Of a stretch of 64,000 nt of DNA, positions 42,815-53,339 are shown piece after piece. The stretch comes from an uncultured delta proteobacterium. GTDB lineage: Bacteria > Desulfobacterota > Binatia > DP-6. The notes beneath the pieces were generated by a model. That model was not told the origin of the DNA. It saw nothing but the letters and a program-made list of their open reading frames with translations, and did not search any database. The first letter of the stretch is position 1, and each line of letters starts with the position of its first letter. The translations under genes were made by a program, and so were the position numbers. The stretch is taken from contig CAWFFN010000009.1 in the NCBI GenBank assembly GCA_963815115.1, positions 224,001 to 288,000 of the forward strand. Direction: 5' to 3'.

Positions 42815-43726
42815 ATGCTGAGCAACTCCGACCTGCTGATGCCGTTCCGGATCAGCGACGGATCGAAGTTCCGTCTCGAGCGCGTCGACCCGGGAGACAC
42901 CTGCGGGCTCCGGTCGGAATTCAAGGACGAGGCGCCCGCGCTGCTGGCGCGAGGCATCGAGCGATTGAGCGAGCTGCAGGAGCGGCTCTACGCCCAGGAC
43001 CGCTGGGCGGTCCTGCTGATCTTCCAGGCCATGGACGCGGCCGGCAAGGACAGCACGATCAAGCACGTGATGTCCGGGGTCAATCCGCAGGGCGTCGATG
43101 TGTGGTCCTTCAAGCAGCCGTCCGCGGAAGAGCTCGACCACGACTTTCTGTGGCGCTGTCTCCGCCGCCTGCCCGAGCGCGGCCACATCGGCATCTTCAA
43201 TCGCTCGTACTACGAGGAGGTCCTCGTGGTACGCGTCCACCCCGACATCCTGGCCGCCCAGAAGCTCCCGCCGGAGCTGATGACGAAGGACATCTGGGCC
43301 CAGCGATTCCAGGACATCCGTGCCACCGAGCGCTACCTCGCTCGCAACGGCACCGTCATCCGCAAGTTCTTCCTGCACGTCTCGAAGAAGGAGCAGCGCA
43401 AGCGGTTCCTCGAGCGCATCGACGAGTCGAGCAAGAACTGGAAGTTCTCTCTGGGCGACGTACACGAGCGCCAGCACTGGAAGGACTACATGCGCGCCTA
43501 CGAGGACGCCATCCGGGAGACGGCGACGAAGGACGCCCCCTGGTTCGTCGTGCCGGCGGATCGGAAATGGTTCACGCGCATCGTGGTTGCAGCCGCGGTG
43601 GTCGAGGCGCTCGAGGAGCTCGCCCTGCACTTCCCGAAGGTGACCACGAAGCAGCGTGCCGAGCTGCGGGCGGCGCGGCGGCTGCTCGAGAAGGCGAAGG
43701 GAAGCGCCAAGGCCTATGCGCGTTGA
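42815..43726 (+). CDS. ppk2: Polyphosphate kinase 2 family protein (class III-like)
   Basis: QAMDAAGKD, FKQPSAEE, FNRSYYEEVLVVRVH, PW.VVPADRKW. Confidence 0.93.
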   Translation: MLSNSDLLMPFRISDGSKFRLERVDPGDTCGLRSEFKDEAPALLARGIERLSELQERLYAQDRWAVLLIFQAMDAAGKDSTIKHVMSGVNPQGVDVWSFKQPSAEELDHDFLWRCLRRLPERGHIGIFNRSYYEEVLVVRVHPDILAAQKLPPELMTKDIWAQRFQDIRATERYLARNGTVIRKFFLHVSKKEQRKRFLERIDESSKNWKFSLGDVHERQHWKDYMRAYEDAIRETATKDAPWFVVPADRKWFTRIVVAAAVVEALEELALHFPKVTTKQRAELRAARRLLEKAKGSAKAYAR

Positions 43727-43752
43727 CACTCCCCGCGCGTTGGCGATAGCGT
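43723..43752 (+). promoter_or_regulatory. Sigma70-type promoter upstream of the riboswitch
   Basis: TTGACA (43723-43728), N18, TAGCGT (43747-43752); the aptamer starts about 13 nt later. Confidence 0.6.
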
Positions 43753-43764
43753 AGCGTCGTAGTC

Positions 43765-43816
43765 CGGCGATGGGGTTCGCCGTATGACCGCCCAGAAGGG
43801 CTGATGACTCCTACCA
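43765..43816 (+). ncRNA. Fluoride (crcB-motif) riboswitch aptamer
   Basis: GGCGATGGGGTTCGCC...GCCCAGAAGGGCTGATGACTCCTAC: P1 GGCGA/TCGCC, P2 GCCC/GGGC, pseudoknot GGGGTT/GACTCC, conserved CTGATG and CTAC. Confidence 0.9.
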
Positions 43817-43980
43817 TGAGCGTACCCCATGGTAGCGATCGTTCGTCGGCTCGACCCCGGAGTGACTCGAGACGCCTCTGGCAGTCTCGCGGTCCTCGCT
43901 GAAGTCGCGGCACGGTCTCCTCCCGGAGATCCTGAGATCGGCATCCGCGCCGGACGAGAACAAGCACCATGGAGGATCAC

Positions 43981-44088
43981 ATGAAAATCATCGGTCGCGG
44001 CGCCCGGAGCCGCGTCCACACCGGCGGCCTCGCGACGCTCGAGGCGGCGGAGATCGTCAAGTACACGCACGGCGGCGAGGGCTCGTGA
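43981..44088 (+). pseudogene. 35-codon mini-ORF, probable internally deleted DUF190 family gene
   Basis: GGAGG RBS; MKII + GARSRVHT + GGLATLEAAEIVKYTH resemble the N-terminal, central and C-terminal segments of DUF190 proteins. Confidence 0.6.
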
Positions 44089-44537
44089 GGACGGCTCCCC
44101 GTCGTGCAGTCTTCTTCGACGTCGAGAACGGGAGCCGGTGCGAGCAGATCTCGTCCCTCCTTCGTGCCCTCGCCCTCCCCGACGGCGGGAACACGCAGGT
44201 CTTCGCCATGGGAAACTGGCGAGTGATCGGTCTCGAGACCGCGCGCCTGCTCACGCACGCGGGCGCCACGCTCATCCACACCGCCCCGAAGGGAGGGGTG
44301 AAGGACTGGAGCGACCTGCGCATCGCGGTCGAGGCGGGGCGCTGGCTGGGACAGGCCCGTGCCGACGACGTGCTGGAGATCGTCAGCGACGATCAGGCGT
44401 TCGACGCGGTGGGGGACGCGGCGGCGACGAGCGGCATCGCCTTCCGTCGCATCTCGGCGCGGCGGCGTATCGCGGCTACGAGCGCAACGCGAAGCGCTCG
44501 CCGACCAGGTTCTCCGAATCGAGCGCGTACGGCTTGA
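44085..44537 (+). CDS. NYN/PIN-like domain protein
   Basis: AVFFDVEN...KDWSDLRIAVEA...IVSDDQAF acidic motifs; GTGA overlap. Confidence 0.7.
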   Translation: MRTAPRRAVFFDVENGSRCEQISSLLRALALPDGGNTQVFAMGNWRVIGLETARLLTHAGATLIHTAPKGGVKDWSDLRIAVEAGRWLGQARADDVLEIVSDDQAFDAVGDAAATSGIAFRRISARRRIAATSATRSARRPGSPNRARTA

Positions 44538-44620
44538 CGCCGGGGGGTCGGGTTCGTCGCTCGCTGCGGCGCCCTGGCAATCCCGAGACGGAGGTCGCCG
44601 CGTCACGCATGGTCCCGGAC

Positions 44621-46384
44621 CTATCCCAGCCGCGCGAGCAGCGCCTGGCGCTGCCGTTCCAGCTCGGGCGGGACGCGATCGCCGAACTTGGCGAAGAACT
44701 CGCCAAGGGCGACGACCTCCTGCCGCCAGTCCGCCGGATCCACCGAGAGCAGCTCCCGCATGGTCTCGGCCGACACGGACAGCCCTGCGGTGTCGAGGGC
44801 TCCCGGCGCCGGCAGGTGTCCGATGGGTGACTCGACCGCCTCGCCTCGTCCCTGGCAGCGCTCCACGACCCACCTGAGCACCCGCAGGTTCTCGCCGAAG
44901 CCCGGCCACAGGAACTTGCCGTCGGGACCCTGGCGGAACCAGTTGACGTGGAAGATGCGCGGCGGCTGACGCAGCTTCGTCCCGACCCGCAGCCAGTGCG
45001 ACCAGTAGTCGGCCATGTTGTAGCCGCAGAAGGGCAGCATCGCCATCGGATCGCGGCGCACCACACCGACGGCACCGCTCTGCGCCGCGGTCGTCTCGGA
45101 GGCCACCGACGTCGCCACGAAGACGCCGTGCGCCCAGTCGCTGGCCTCGAACACCAGCGGCGCCACGCGCGCCCGGCGTCCGCCGAACAGGAACGCGCTG
45201 ATCGGCACGCCCTGCGCGTCCTGCCAGTGCGGCGAGATCGACGGGCACTGGCGCGCGGGCGCGGTGAAGCGCGAGTTGGGGTGCGCCGCTTTCTCGGTGC
45301 TGCCCCGCGTCCATTCCTTGCCGCGCCAGTCGGTCAGCGTCGCCGGGACCTCGCCGTCGATTCCCTCCCACCACGGACAGCCATCCGGTGTCACCGCGAC
45401 GTTCGTGAAGATGGAGTGCGCCCGCAGCGTGGCCATCGCGTTCGGGTTGGTCCTCGACGACGTCCCGGGGGCGACGCCGAAGAAGCCCGCCTCGGGATTG
45501 ATCGCCCACAGCCGGCCGTCCGGCCCGGGGTGCATCCAGGCGATGTCGTCGCCGACCGTCCACACCTTCCAGCCCGGCTGCGACGGCGGCGGAACCAGCA
45601 TGGCGAGGTTGGTCTTGCCGCACGCCGAGGGAAACGCCGCCGCCACGTAGGTGGTCTCGCCCTGCGGGCTCTCCAGCCCGAGGATCAGCATGTGCTCGGC
45701 GAGCCAGCCTTCCTCGCGCGCCTGCGCCGAGGCGATGCGCAGCGCGAAGCACTTCTTGCCGAGGAGCGCGTTGCCGCCGTAGCCCGATCCCACGCTCCAG
45801 ATCAGCTTCTCCTCGGGGAAGTGCATGATGAAGCGGCGCTCCGGGGAGAGGTCGCCGAGCGAGTGCAGTCCCTTGACGAACGTACCCGTCGGGCCGAGCT
45901 GCTCCAGCGCCGCGGCGCCCATCCGGGTCATGATCCGCATGTTGGCGACCACGTAAGGGCTGTCGGTCAGCTCGACGCCGACCTTGGAGAGCGGTGAGCC
46001 GAGCGGCCCCATGACGTACGGGATGACGTACATGGTGCGGCCGCGCATCGCTCCCTCGAAGAGCGCTCCCACCTTCCGCTTCGCCTCGGCCGGGTCCATC
46101 CAGTTGTTGGTCGGTCCCGCGTCGTCCTTCGCCGACGTGCAGATGAACGTGAGATGCTCGGTGCGGGCGACGTCGGAAGGGTCGGAGCGGTGCAGGAAGC
46201 AGTCGGGGTAACGGTGCCCGTTCAACCGGAGGAGCGTGCCCTCCGTGAGCATCTCCTCGAGCAGGCGGGCGTGCTCCGCGTCCGATCCGTCGACCCAGTG
46301 GATCCGGGCGGGCTGGCAGAGACGGGCGGACTCCTCGACCCAGGCATTCAGGGCGGCATGGGCGGTGGGTGGTGACGTGCTCAT
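44621..46384 (-). CDS. pckG: Phosphoenolpyruvate carboxykinase (GTP)
   Basis: [52 protein letters not shown]. Confidence 0.97.
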   Translation of the reverse strand: MSTSPPTAHAALNAWVEESARLCQPARIHWVDGSDAEHARLLEEMLTEGTLLRLNGHRYPDCFLHRSDPSDVARTEHLTFICTSAKDDAGPTNNWMDPAEAKRKVGALFEGAMRGRTMYVIPYVMGPLGSPLSKVGVELTDSPYVVANMRIMTRMGAAALEQLGPTGTFVKGLHSLGDLSPERRFIMHFPEEKLIWSVGSGYGGNALLGKKCFALRIASAQAREEGWLAEHMLILGLESPQGETTYVAAAFPSACGKTNLAMLVPPPSQPGWKVWTVGDDIAWMHPGPDGRLWAINPEAGFFGVAPGTSSRTNPNAMATLRAHSIFTNVAVTPDGCPWWEGIDGEVPATLTDWRGKEWTRGSTEKAAHPNSRFTAPARQCPSISPHWQDAQGVPISAFLFGGRRARVAPLVFEASDWAHGVFVATSVASETTAAQSGAVGVVRRDPMAMLPFCGYNMADYWSHWLRVGTKLRQPPRIFHVNWFRQGPDGKFLWPGFGENLRVLRWVVERCQGRGEAVESPIGHLPAPGALDTAGLSVSAETMRELLSVDPADWRQEVVALGEFFAKFGDRVPPELERQRQALLARLG

Positions 46385-46482
46385 GGGGGGCGGAAATGTA
46401 CCTGCTGGCACCCGGGCGGGGCAACCGTCGGCCAGGGCGGCGGCGTCCGCGCGGCGCCCCGACCTCGGCCGGCCTCCCGCCG

Positions 46483-46902
46483 TCACATCGGCGGAGCTAC
46501 CGTCGCCTCCTGGGGCTCGCCGCCGTCCAGGTATGCTCCCGCGAGCAGGAGGCTCCCGACCGTGAGCTCGAGGAGGGCTCCGAGCCAGTTGAAGATGCCC
46601 GGGCTTCCGTCGATGGACACGCCCACCATCCGGCCGCCGAAGAGTCCCAGCCAGAGGAAGGCGATGAGGACGAGCTCGCTGCGGTGGGCGCGGGGCGCAG
46701 TCGCGAACCAGAGGGTGAAGGCCCCCAGCACGGTGAAGGCGCCTCCGTAGACGGCTCGTGCCTCGATGGCGCCCTGATGGGTCGTGGGGGCGTACTCCGC
46801 GAAGCCCACCCACTGCATGACCGTCAACGGCATGGCGAGCCCGGCCACGCCGAAGATCAGGGTGAGCAATCCGATGGTGGCGACGACGACCCGCGCATTC
46901 AT
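46483..46902 (-). CDS. Small membrane protein (DUF4345-like)
   Basis: Four TM helices; EARAVYGG...[10 protein letters not shown]; ATGA overlap with miaB. Confidence 0.7.
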   Translation of the reverse strand: MNARVVVATIGLLTLIFGVAGLAMPLTVMQWVGFAEYAPTTHQGAIEARAVYGGAFTVLGAFTLWFATAPRAHRSELVLIAFLWLGLFGGRMVGVSIDGSPGIFNWLGALLELTVGSLLLAGAYLDGGEPQEATVAPPM

Positions 46903-48215
46903 GCAACCTCCCGCGCCGCGGCTCTCCCGCTGAGCGTGTGAGACGTTGCCGCCTCCACACGCACCGTCACCAGCTCCCCGGGAGCCGCTGGCCCCGGGAA
47001 CACGACGGTCGTCAGCTGCGGCGTCTTTCCGCTCATCCACCCGTCCGGGCGCCGGGCGGCCCCTTCGACCAGGACCTCCACCTCGGCGCCCACCCACCCG
47101 CGATTGCGTTCCGCAGCGATCGCCTCCTGCAGGGTGATCAGGCGCTCGAGGCGGCGCTGCTTCTCGCTCTCCGGCACGTCGTCCTCCCACCGCGCCGCGC
47201 GCGTTCCCTCACGCGCGGAGTAGCGGAAGAGGAAGGCGGAGTCGTAGCCGATCCGGCGCAGCAAGGCCTCCGTGGCCGCGAAATCGTCCTCGTCCTCTCC
47301 GGGAAACCCGACGATGACGTCGGTGGAGAGTGCGATGCCGGGCACGCGCTCACGCAGCCGCCCCACGAGCGCCTCGTAGTCGGCGACGGTGTAGTCACGC
47401 GCCATGCGGGCGAGGACGCGATCGGAGCCGCACTGCACGGGCAGGTGGAGCTGCGGCGCGACCGTGGGGCACTCGGCCATCGCGTCGATCACGGCCGCGC
47501 TCATCTCCGCGGGGTGCGGCGACGTGAAGCGGATGCGCAGGATGCCCTCGACCGCCGAGGCCTCGCGCAGGAGCCGGGCGAAGTCCCAGCCGTCGTGACG
47601 GTACGCGTTCACGGTCTGGCCGAGGAATACGACCTCGCGCACGCCTGCCCGCGCCAGGTTGCGCACCTGCTCGATCAACATCGGACCCGGCAGGCTGCGC
47701 TCCCGGCCGCGCACGAAGGGCACGATGCAGAACGTGCAGAAGCGATCGCACCCGCGCATCACCGTGACCCAGGCGCGAACGCCGGGCGCGCGTGCCACGG
47801 GAAGGTCGGCGTAGGTCTCGTCGCCGCCGAGCCGCAGCCCGACCTGCGGATCGAGCGGCTCGACGTCGCCGGCAGCGAGCAGCGCGGGCAGGTGGCGATA
47901 GCCGTCGGGTCCGACCAGCAGGTCGACGTGCGGGACACGGGCGCGCAGCGTCTGGCGCAGGTGCTGTGCCATGCATCCCGTCACGCCGAGCCGGACCTCC
48001 GGGCGTGCCGCCTTGTGGCGGGCGAGATCGCCCAGTCGGCCGAGGACGCGGGCCTCGGCGTGCTCGCGGATCGCACACGTGTTGAGCAGGATCGCGTCCG
48101 CGGCCTCCGGACGCTCGACGCGGGCCCAGCCGTGCTGGCCGAGGTGGCCGAGGATCAGCTCGGTATCGGCCACGTTCATCTGGCAGCCGTAGGTTTCGAT
48201 GTAAACGGTCGGCAC
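46899..48215 (-). CDS. miaB: tRNA methylthiotransferase MiaB
   Basis: TYGCQMN, NTCAIRE, GCMAQ, radical [22 protein letters not shown] domain. Confidence 0.95.
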   Translation of the reverse strand: MPTVYIETYGCQMNVADTELILGHLGQHGWARVERPEAADAILLNTCAIREHAEARVLGRLGDLARHKAARPEVRLGVTGCMAQHLRQTLRARVPHVDLLVGPDGYRHLPALLAAGDVEPLDPQVGLRLGGDETYADLPVARAPGVRAWVTVMRGCDRFCTFCIVPFVRGRERSLPGPMLIEQVRNLARAGVREVVFLGQTVNAYRHDGWDFARLLREASAVEGILRIRFTSPHPAEMSAAVIDAMAECPTVAPQLHLPVQCGSDRVLARMARDYTVADYEALVGRLRERVPGIALSTDVIVGFPGEDEDDFAATEALLRRIGYDSAFLFRYSAREGTRAARWEDDVPESEKQRRLERLITLQEAIAAERNRGWVGAEVEVLVEGAARRPDGWMSGKTPQLTTVVFPGPAAPGELVTVRVEAATSHTLSGRAAAREVA

Positions 48216-48271
48216 GAGCGCCGTTTTCTTAGACCGCGACCCGGACACCTGCAACCGCGCTCCGTTCGCCG

Positions 48272-49273
48272 TCAGGGGCGGGTGTGCCCGGCGGTCTCGT
48301 CGCCGCGGGCTCGCAGCAGGTCGCGCACCGACACGCCCGCCAGCGGCAGCGCCGCGAGACCTTGCGCCACGATGGTGGAGAGCTGGAGCGCGTTGAGCAC
48401 GAGTCCGTAGGCCAGGGCCTTCGGCTGGGAGACGCCGAAGAGGGCCAGCGCCAGGATGCAGGCATACTGATAGGTGCCGATCATGCCGGGTGCCTGCGGG
48501 AGCGCGGTTCCGAAGCCGATGAAGATGAAGACGACGAGCGCGGCGTTGAAGGGCACCTCGAGGTGAAACGCGCGGGTCATGATCCAGCTGGAGAGAATCG
48601 GCAGGAACCAGAGCACCACGGACACGACGAAGATCGCCAGCACGAGTCGCGCGTCGCCGAGCACGCGCATGCCGTCGACCAGGGCGCGCGCGACGCGTAG
48701 CACCGGCGCGCCGAACCGCTTCGGCAGCCAGCGTACCGCCCAGCGATCGACGAAGCGCTCCCCGCGCCACCACAGCAGTACGACGAGGACCGCGAGCGCG
48801 ACGAAGAAGACGGCCGGGACGACCGCGCCGCGCCGCACCCAGGTCGGCAGGTCCGGCGTCGTGAGCAGCCCGAGGAGGATGTAGAACACGATCACCGCCG
48901 AGTCGAAGGTCTTCTCGACGATGAGGTTGCCGACCACGGTCGAGAAGCCGAGGGTCGAGCGGCGCGACAGCAGCCACGGGCGCACGACCTCGCCCAGCCG
49001 CACGGGAAGCAGATTGATCGCCATGTACGCCACGCTGGTCACCACCCAGAGGCGCCCGAACGGGACGTGCGCCAGCGGGCGCAGCAGGAGCTGCCAGCGC
49101 CAGGCGCGGAACACCTGCAGGAGCAGGCTCAGGGCGACCGCCGGTACGAACCAGCGGGCATCGAGCTGCCGGAAGGCGTCGCGCAGCTCGTCCAGTGGAA
49201 CGTGCCGGAAGGCGAGGAAGAGGAAGACCCCGCCCACCACCAGGCTCGAGAGCACCCTGCCGGTCCGACCCAC
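48272..49273 (-). CDS. Lysylphosphatidylglycerol synthase TM-domain (flippase-like) protein
   Basis: RAWRWQ...NLLPVRLGEVVR...EKTFD...PQAPGMIGTYQ. Confidence 0.85.
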   Translation of the reverse strand: MGRTGRVLSSLVVGGVFLFLAFRHVPLDELRDAFRQLDARWFVPAVALSLLLQVFRAWRWQLLLRPLAHVPFGRLWVVTSVAYMAINLLPVRLGEVVRPWLLSRRSTLGFSTVVGNLIVEKTFDSAVIVFYILLGLLTTPDLPTWVRRGAVVPAVFFVALAVLVVLLWWRGERFVDRWAVRWLPKRFGAPVLRVARALVDGMRVLGDARLVLAIFVVSVVLWFLPILSSWIMTRAFHLEVPFNAALVVFIFIGFGTALPQAPGMIGTYQYACILALALFGVSQPKALAYGLVLNALQLSTIVAQGLAALPLAGVSVRDLLRARGDETAGHTRP

Positions 49274-49384
49274 TCGCTGTGTAGCGTCCTAGCACGGCGG
49301 CGACCGGCGCTGCCAGGTGCTCACGGATTGCCGCGCCTCCTCGCCCCGGGTAGATCCCCGCGCATGGGCGGTCCCCCGCGCCGG

Positions 49385-49576
49385 ATGGAGCCCCAGGAGG
49401 CCTTTGCGTCGCTCGAGGCGAGCCTTCTCTTCTGTCCGCACTGCCGCCAGGCGATGCCGGTCCGCAAGCGGCTCCTGCTGGTGCTCCTCGACGGCGAGAA
49501 GCACGAGTACGTCTGCCAGCAGTGCGGCACGCCGTGCGCCTCGAAGGTCGAGCCGGCGCCACGGCGGGGCCGGTGA
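49385..49576 (+). CDS. Small zinc-ribbon protein (63 aa)
   Basis: CPHC...CQQC; GTGA overlap with moaB. Confidence 0.7.
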   Translation: MEPQEAFASLEASLLFCPHCRQAMPVRKRLLLVLLDGEKHEYVCQQCGTPCASKVEPAPRRGR

Positions 49577-50079
49577 CGGTGGCCTCCGAGGCGCATCACG
49601 CCCGGGACCGCCGCGCGGTGTCGTGCGCGATCCTGACGGTGAGCGACACCCGCACGCCCGACACCGACACCAGCGGCGGCCGCATCCGCGCCCTGCTCGA
49701 GGCCGCGGGCCACGAGGTGACCGCCTACTCGATTCTCCCCGACGAGCCCGACCTGGTGCGGGCGCGTCTCGTCGAGCTGATCGCGGGGGGTGTCGAGGCG
49801 GTGATCGTCAACGGCGGGACGGGCCTCGCGCCGCGCGACACCACCTACGAGGCCGTCGTCGGACTCCTCGACAAGCATCTCGACGGGTTCGGCGAGCTCT
49901 TCCGCGCGCTGTCGTACGCCGAGATCGGCCCCGCGGCGATGCTGTCGCGGGCGATCGCAGGCATTGCCAGCCGCACCGTGATCGCGTCGCTTCCGGGCTC
50001 GAGCGCGGCCGTCGAGCTCGCCATGAGCAAGCTGCTGGTGCCCGAGCTCGGGCACATGGTGCACCTGGTTCGGGGCTGA
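49573..50079 (+). CDS. moaB: Molybdenum cofactor biosynthesis protein B
   Basis: LTVSDTR..DTSG, NGGTGLAPRDTT, GFGELFR, AMLSRA, LPGS. Confidence 0.92.
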   Translation: MTVASEAHHARDRRAVSCAILTVSDTRTPDTDTSGGRIRALLEAAGHEVTAYSILPDEPDLVRARLVELIAGGVEAVIVNGGTGLAPRDTTYEAVVGLLDKHLDGFGELFRALSYAEIGPAAMLSRAIAGIASRTVIASLPGSSAAVELAMSKLLVPELGHMVHLVRG

Positions 50080-50081
50080 GC

Positions 50082-50321
50082 ATGCGAGTCCAGCTCAGGT
50101 TCTTCGCCGCGCTGCGCGAGCGTCTCGGAACGGGCGAGGAGCGCGCGCTGCGCACGGGGACGACGGTCGGCGCCCTGTGGGAGTCGATCGTCCGCGAGCA
50201 GCCGGCGATCGAGCGGCTGCACGTCCGCTTCGCCGTCAACGAGCGCTACGTGGAGCCCACCCACGAGCTGGCCGAGGGTGACGAGGTGGCCTTCTTCCCG
50301 CCCGTGAGCGGCGGTGGCTGA
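50082..50321 (+). CDS. moaD: Molybdopterin synthase sulfur carrier
   Basis: FFAALRE...AVNE.Y...GDEVAFFPPVSGGG. Confidence 0.93.
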   Translation: MRVQLRFFAALRERLGTGEERALRTGTTVGALWESIVREQPAIERLHVRFAVNERYVEPTHELAEGDEVAFFPPVSGGG

Positions 50322-50778
50322 GATCTTCGAGATCGGCGCGGGGGTGATCGACGTCGCGCGCCTGCTCGCCGCGGTCGCCGATCCGGCGACCGGTGCCACC
50401 GTGCTCTTCCTCGGTACCACCCGCAATCAGAATGCCGGGCGCCGGGTGACCCGGCTCGAGTACGAGGCCTACGGGCGGATGGCGCGGCGCGAGATGCGCG
50501 AGCTCGCTCGCGAGGCACGCCGGCGCTGGCCCATCCGCCGTGTCGCGATGGTGCATCGCATCGGCGTCGTGCCGGTGCGCGAGGCGAGCGTCGCGATCGC
50601 CGTCAGCGCCGGGCACCGCGCCGAGGCGTTCACCGCGTGTCACTGGCTGATCGATCGACTGAAGGAGATCGTGCCGATCTGGAAGAAGGAGCATTTTCGC
50701 GGTGGTACCGTCTGGATCGGGCCCCAGCAGGGAAGCCCCGAGCCCTCGCGTCGCCGGCGCGCGCAAGGGGGTCGCTGA
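50314..50778 (+). CDS. moaE: Molybdopterin synthase catalytic subunit
   Basis: GATVLFLGTTR, LEYEAY, HRIG, HRAEAF, PIWKKE. Confidence 0.95.
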   Translation: MAEIFEIGAGVIDVARLLAAVADPATGATVLFLGTTRNQNAGRRVTRLEYEAYGRMARREMRELAREARRRWPIRRVAMVHRIGVVPVREASVAIAVSAGHRAEAFTACHWLIDRLKEIVPIWKKEHFRGGTVWIGPQQGSPEPSRRRRAQGGR

Positions 50779-50826
50779 GGTTTGCGTTTCCCCGGACCGT
50801 TCGCCATGGTACGCGAGAAGGCTTCC

Positions 50827-52563
50827 ATGCACTCCCGCAACGCGGCCGTCCTGACGCTGGCACTGGCCACGGTGACGGGGTGCGCGGGATTGCGTCCGCG
50901 GTTTCTCGGTGGCTCCGCGCTCGGGCCCCCCGTGTCGGTGCCGCACGACGCGGTCCCGATGGGGCAGTTCGTGCGCGGCGAATGGGCGCTGCAGCGCAAC
51001 GACATCGACACCGCCGTGGACGCGTTCGAGAAGGCGGTCGCCGCCGACCCGAATACGCCGATGCTCCGCCTGAGGCTCGCGACGCTCTACGTCCGGACCG
51101 CCAAGCTCGACAAGGCGCGCGCGCAAACCGAGCAGGTGATCGCGGCGGAGCCGAACAACCTGGACGCCATGGCGCTGTACGCCGGCATCGTCACCGCGCT
51201 CGGCAAGGACGACGACGCGATCGCGGCCTACGAGCGCCTCATCGCGCACGATCCCGACTTCCAGGAAGCGTACCTGTACCTGGGTGCGCTCTACGGCAAG
51301 CGCGGTGACACGCCGAAAGCGATCGCGACGCTCCACCGGCTGGTCGAGCGCAACCCGAGCTCGCTCCTCGGCTACTACTACCTGGCGCGCGTGTACGCCG
51401 CGAGCGGTCAGCTCGATGAGGCGGAGCGGTACTACCTGGAGGCGCTGAAGCTGAGTCCCCAGTCGGAGCTGGTCCTCACCGACCTGGCCGCGGCCTACGA
51501 GCTCCAGGGCCGGAGCGCCAAGGCGGAGGAGCTCTACGAGCGCATCCTGTCCCAGGATCCGCAGAGCGCGGTGGTGCGCCGCCGGCTGGGCGGCCTCTAC
51601 GCGGGTCAGAAGCGGCTCGACGAGGCCCTGACGCAGTTTCGCGAGCTGGAGAAGGTCGATACCGATCCGCGCGAGGCGCGGACGAAGATGGGCCTGATCT
51701 ATTTCGAGAAGGGCCAGCTGGAGCGCGCCGAGACGGAGTTCAACCTCGTCCTCGCCTCGGCGCCCGACGACGTGCGCGTGCGCTACTACCTGGCCGCGGT
51801 TCACGCCGAGTTGGGCGAGACGCAGCGCGCCCTCGACGGCTTCTCCAGGGTCACGCCCGACTCCGAGTACTTCATCGACGCCCAGATACGGCGCGCCTAC
51901 CTGCTACAGAACGACAAACCGGATGAGGCAATCCGCGGCCTCGAGCAGGCGCTCGTCGCGCGTCCCGACAGCCCGGAGCTCATGGCCTACCTCGCAACCC
52001 TGTACCGGCAGCAGAAGAACTACGATCGCGCGGTGACGCTCCTCGAGCAGATCGTCGCTCGCTCCCCCGACAACGACCGCTACCGCTTCACGCTCGGTGC
52101 CGCCTACGACGAGGCCAACCGCAAGCCGCAGGCCATCGAGGAGATGCAGCGTGCGATCCAGCTCAATCCGCGCAACGCGGCCGCGCTGAACTACCTCGGC
52201 TACACCTATGCGGACATGGGAGTGCATCTCGACGAGGCGGAGAACCTGATCCGGCGCGCGCTCGAGCTGCAGCCGAACGACGGCATCTACATCGACAGCC
52301 TGGGCTGGGTGTACTACCAGCGCGGCGAGTACAAGCGCGCCGTCGAGCAGCTGGAGCGTGCGGTCGAGCTGGCGGGCGAGGATCCGACCATCGTCGAGCA
52401 CCTCGGCGATGCCTACACCCGCCTCGGGCGCAGCGGCGATGCGCTGCGCATCTATCGCGACGCCCTCGGCCGCGCCAAGGAGAGTGCGCAGATCGAGCGG
52501 CTCAAGGGAAAGATCCAGGGGCTCGGCGGCAGCAGCGCGCGCACGAGCGACGCCCGACTCTGA
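50827..52563 (+). CDS. TPR-repeat lipoprotein
   Basis: Lipobox VTGC; many TPRs; ALNYLGYT...DSLGWVYY...HLGD. Confidence 0.9.
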   Translation: MHSRNAAVLTLALATVTGCAGLRPRFLGGSALGPPVSVPHDAVPMGQFVRGEWALQRNDIDTAVDAFEKAVAADPNTPMLRLRLATLYVRTAKLDKARAQTEQVIAAEPNNLDAMALYAGIVTALGKDDDAIAAYERLIAHDPDFQEAYLYLGALYGKRGDTPKAIATLHRLVERNPSSLLGYYYLARVYAASGQLDEAERYYLEALKLSPQSELVLTDLAAAYELQGRSAKAEELYERILSQDPQSAVVRRRLGGLYAGQKRLDEALTQFRELEKVDTDPREARTKMGLIYFEKGQLERAETEFNLVLASAPDDVRVRYYLAAVHAELGETQRALDGFSRVTPDSEYFIDAQIRRAYLLQNDKPDEAIRGLEQALVARPDSPELMAYLATLYRQQKNYDRAVTLLEQIVARSPDNDRYRFTLGAAYDEANRKPQAIEEMQRAIQLNPRNAAALNYLGYTYADMGVHLDEAENLIRRALELQPNDGIYIDSLGWVYYQRGEYKRAVEQLERAVELAGEDPTIVEHLGDAYTRLGRSGDALRIYRDALGRAKESAQIERLKGKIQGLGGSSARTSDARL

Positions 52564-52568
52564 ACCCG

Positions 52569-53339
52569 GTGGGGCGGGCGCTGCGCCGCAGCTGCGTGCT
52601 TGCCGTGCTGGCCCTCGCGGGCTGCACGCTTGGCCGTCCCGCGCTCCGACCGGTCGCCGAGGGCGTCACCGCGGAGCGGCTCCTGTCGGCCCTCGATGCT
52701 CGCCGGCAGTCGGTCACCTCGTTGCGTGCGCGCGCCCGCTTGAAAGCAGGGCTCGCCGGCATCTGGACCCGCCAGATCGTGCTCGTGCAACGTCCCGGCG
52801 ACGTGCGCATGGACGTGATGTCGCCGTTCGGGCTGGCGCTGGCGGTCGGCACGCAGCACGACGTGCTGTGGGCCTACCAGCCTTCCAACGAGGTGCGCTA
52901 CGAGGGCGAGGCCAGCCCGCTCAACCTGGCGCGCTTCCTGGGCGCACCCGTGACGGTCGCGGATCTGGTGGACGTGCTCCTCGGGCTGCCACCACGACGG
53001 GACGCCACCGGTCCGCCGGCGCTGGGACGCACGGCAGACGGCGGATGGGTGCTCGGCCTGCCCTTCGACGGCGGCACGCAGCAGCTCTCGTTCGACGCCT
53101 CGACGCTCGAGCTGCGCCGCGCCGAGGAACGGCGCGGCGACGTGGTCGCTCTCGCGGTCGAGTTCGGTGACTACCAGAACGGCTTCCCGCACGCCCTCGA
53201 CGTTTCCGCGCCGGTGGTCGGCTCGTCGGCCCGCCTCGCGTACGATGCGGTGGAGCCGAACGTGCCGCTCGACGCCACGCTCTTCTCTCCTCCGCCGGCG
53301 ACGCACGTGCTGCCGCTGGAGGCGGCGTCCCGCCGCTGA
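52569..53339 (+). CDS. LolB/DUF4292-like lipoprotein
   Basis: Lipobox LAGC; RMDVMSPFG; follows the TPR lipoprotein gene. Confidence 0.6.
   Translation: MGRALRRSCVLAVLALAGCTLGRPALRPVAEGVTAERLLSALDARRQSVTSLRARARLKAGLAGIWTRQIVLVQRPGDVRMDVMSPFGLALAVGTQHDVLWAYQPSNEVRYEGEASPLNLARFLGAPVTVADLVDVLLGLPPRRDATGPPALGRTADGGWVLGLPFDGGTQQLSFDASTLELRRAEERRGDVVALAVEFGDYQNGFPHALDVSAPVVGSSARLAYDAVEPNVPLDATLFSPPPATHVLPLEAASRR

Noticed and set aside
43829-43984. 51-codon ORF (MVAIVRRL...) right after the riboswitch
   Set aside because: No RBS and many A/T-ending codons; not called as a gene, though it could be eroded crcB sequence
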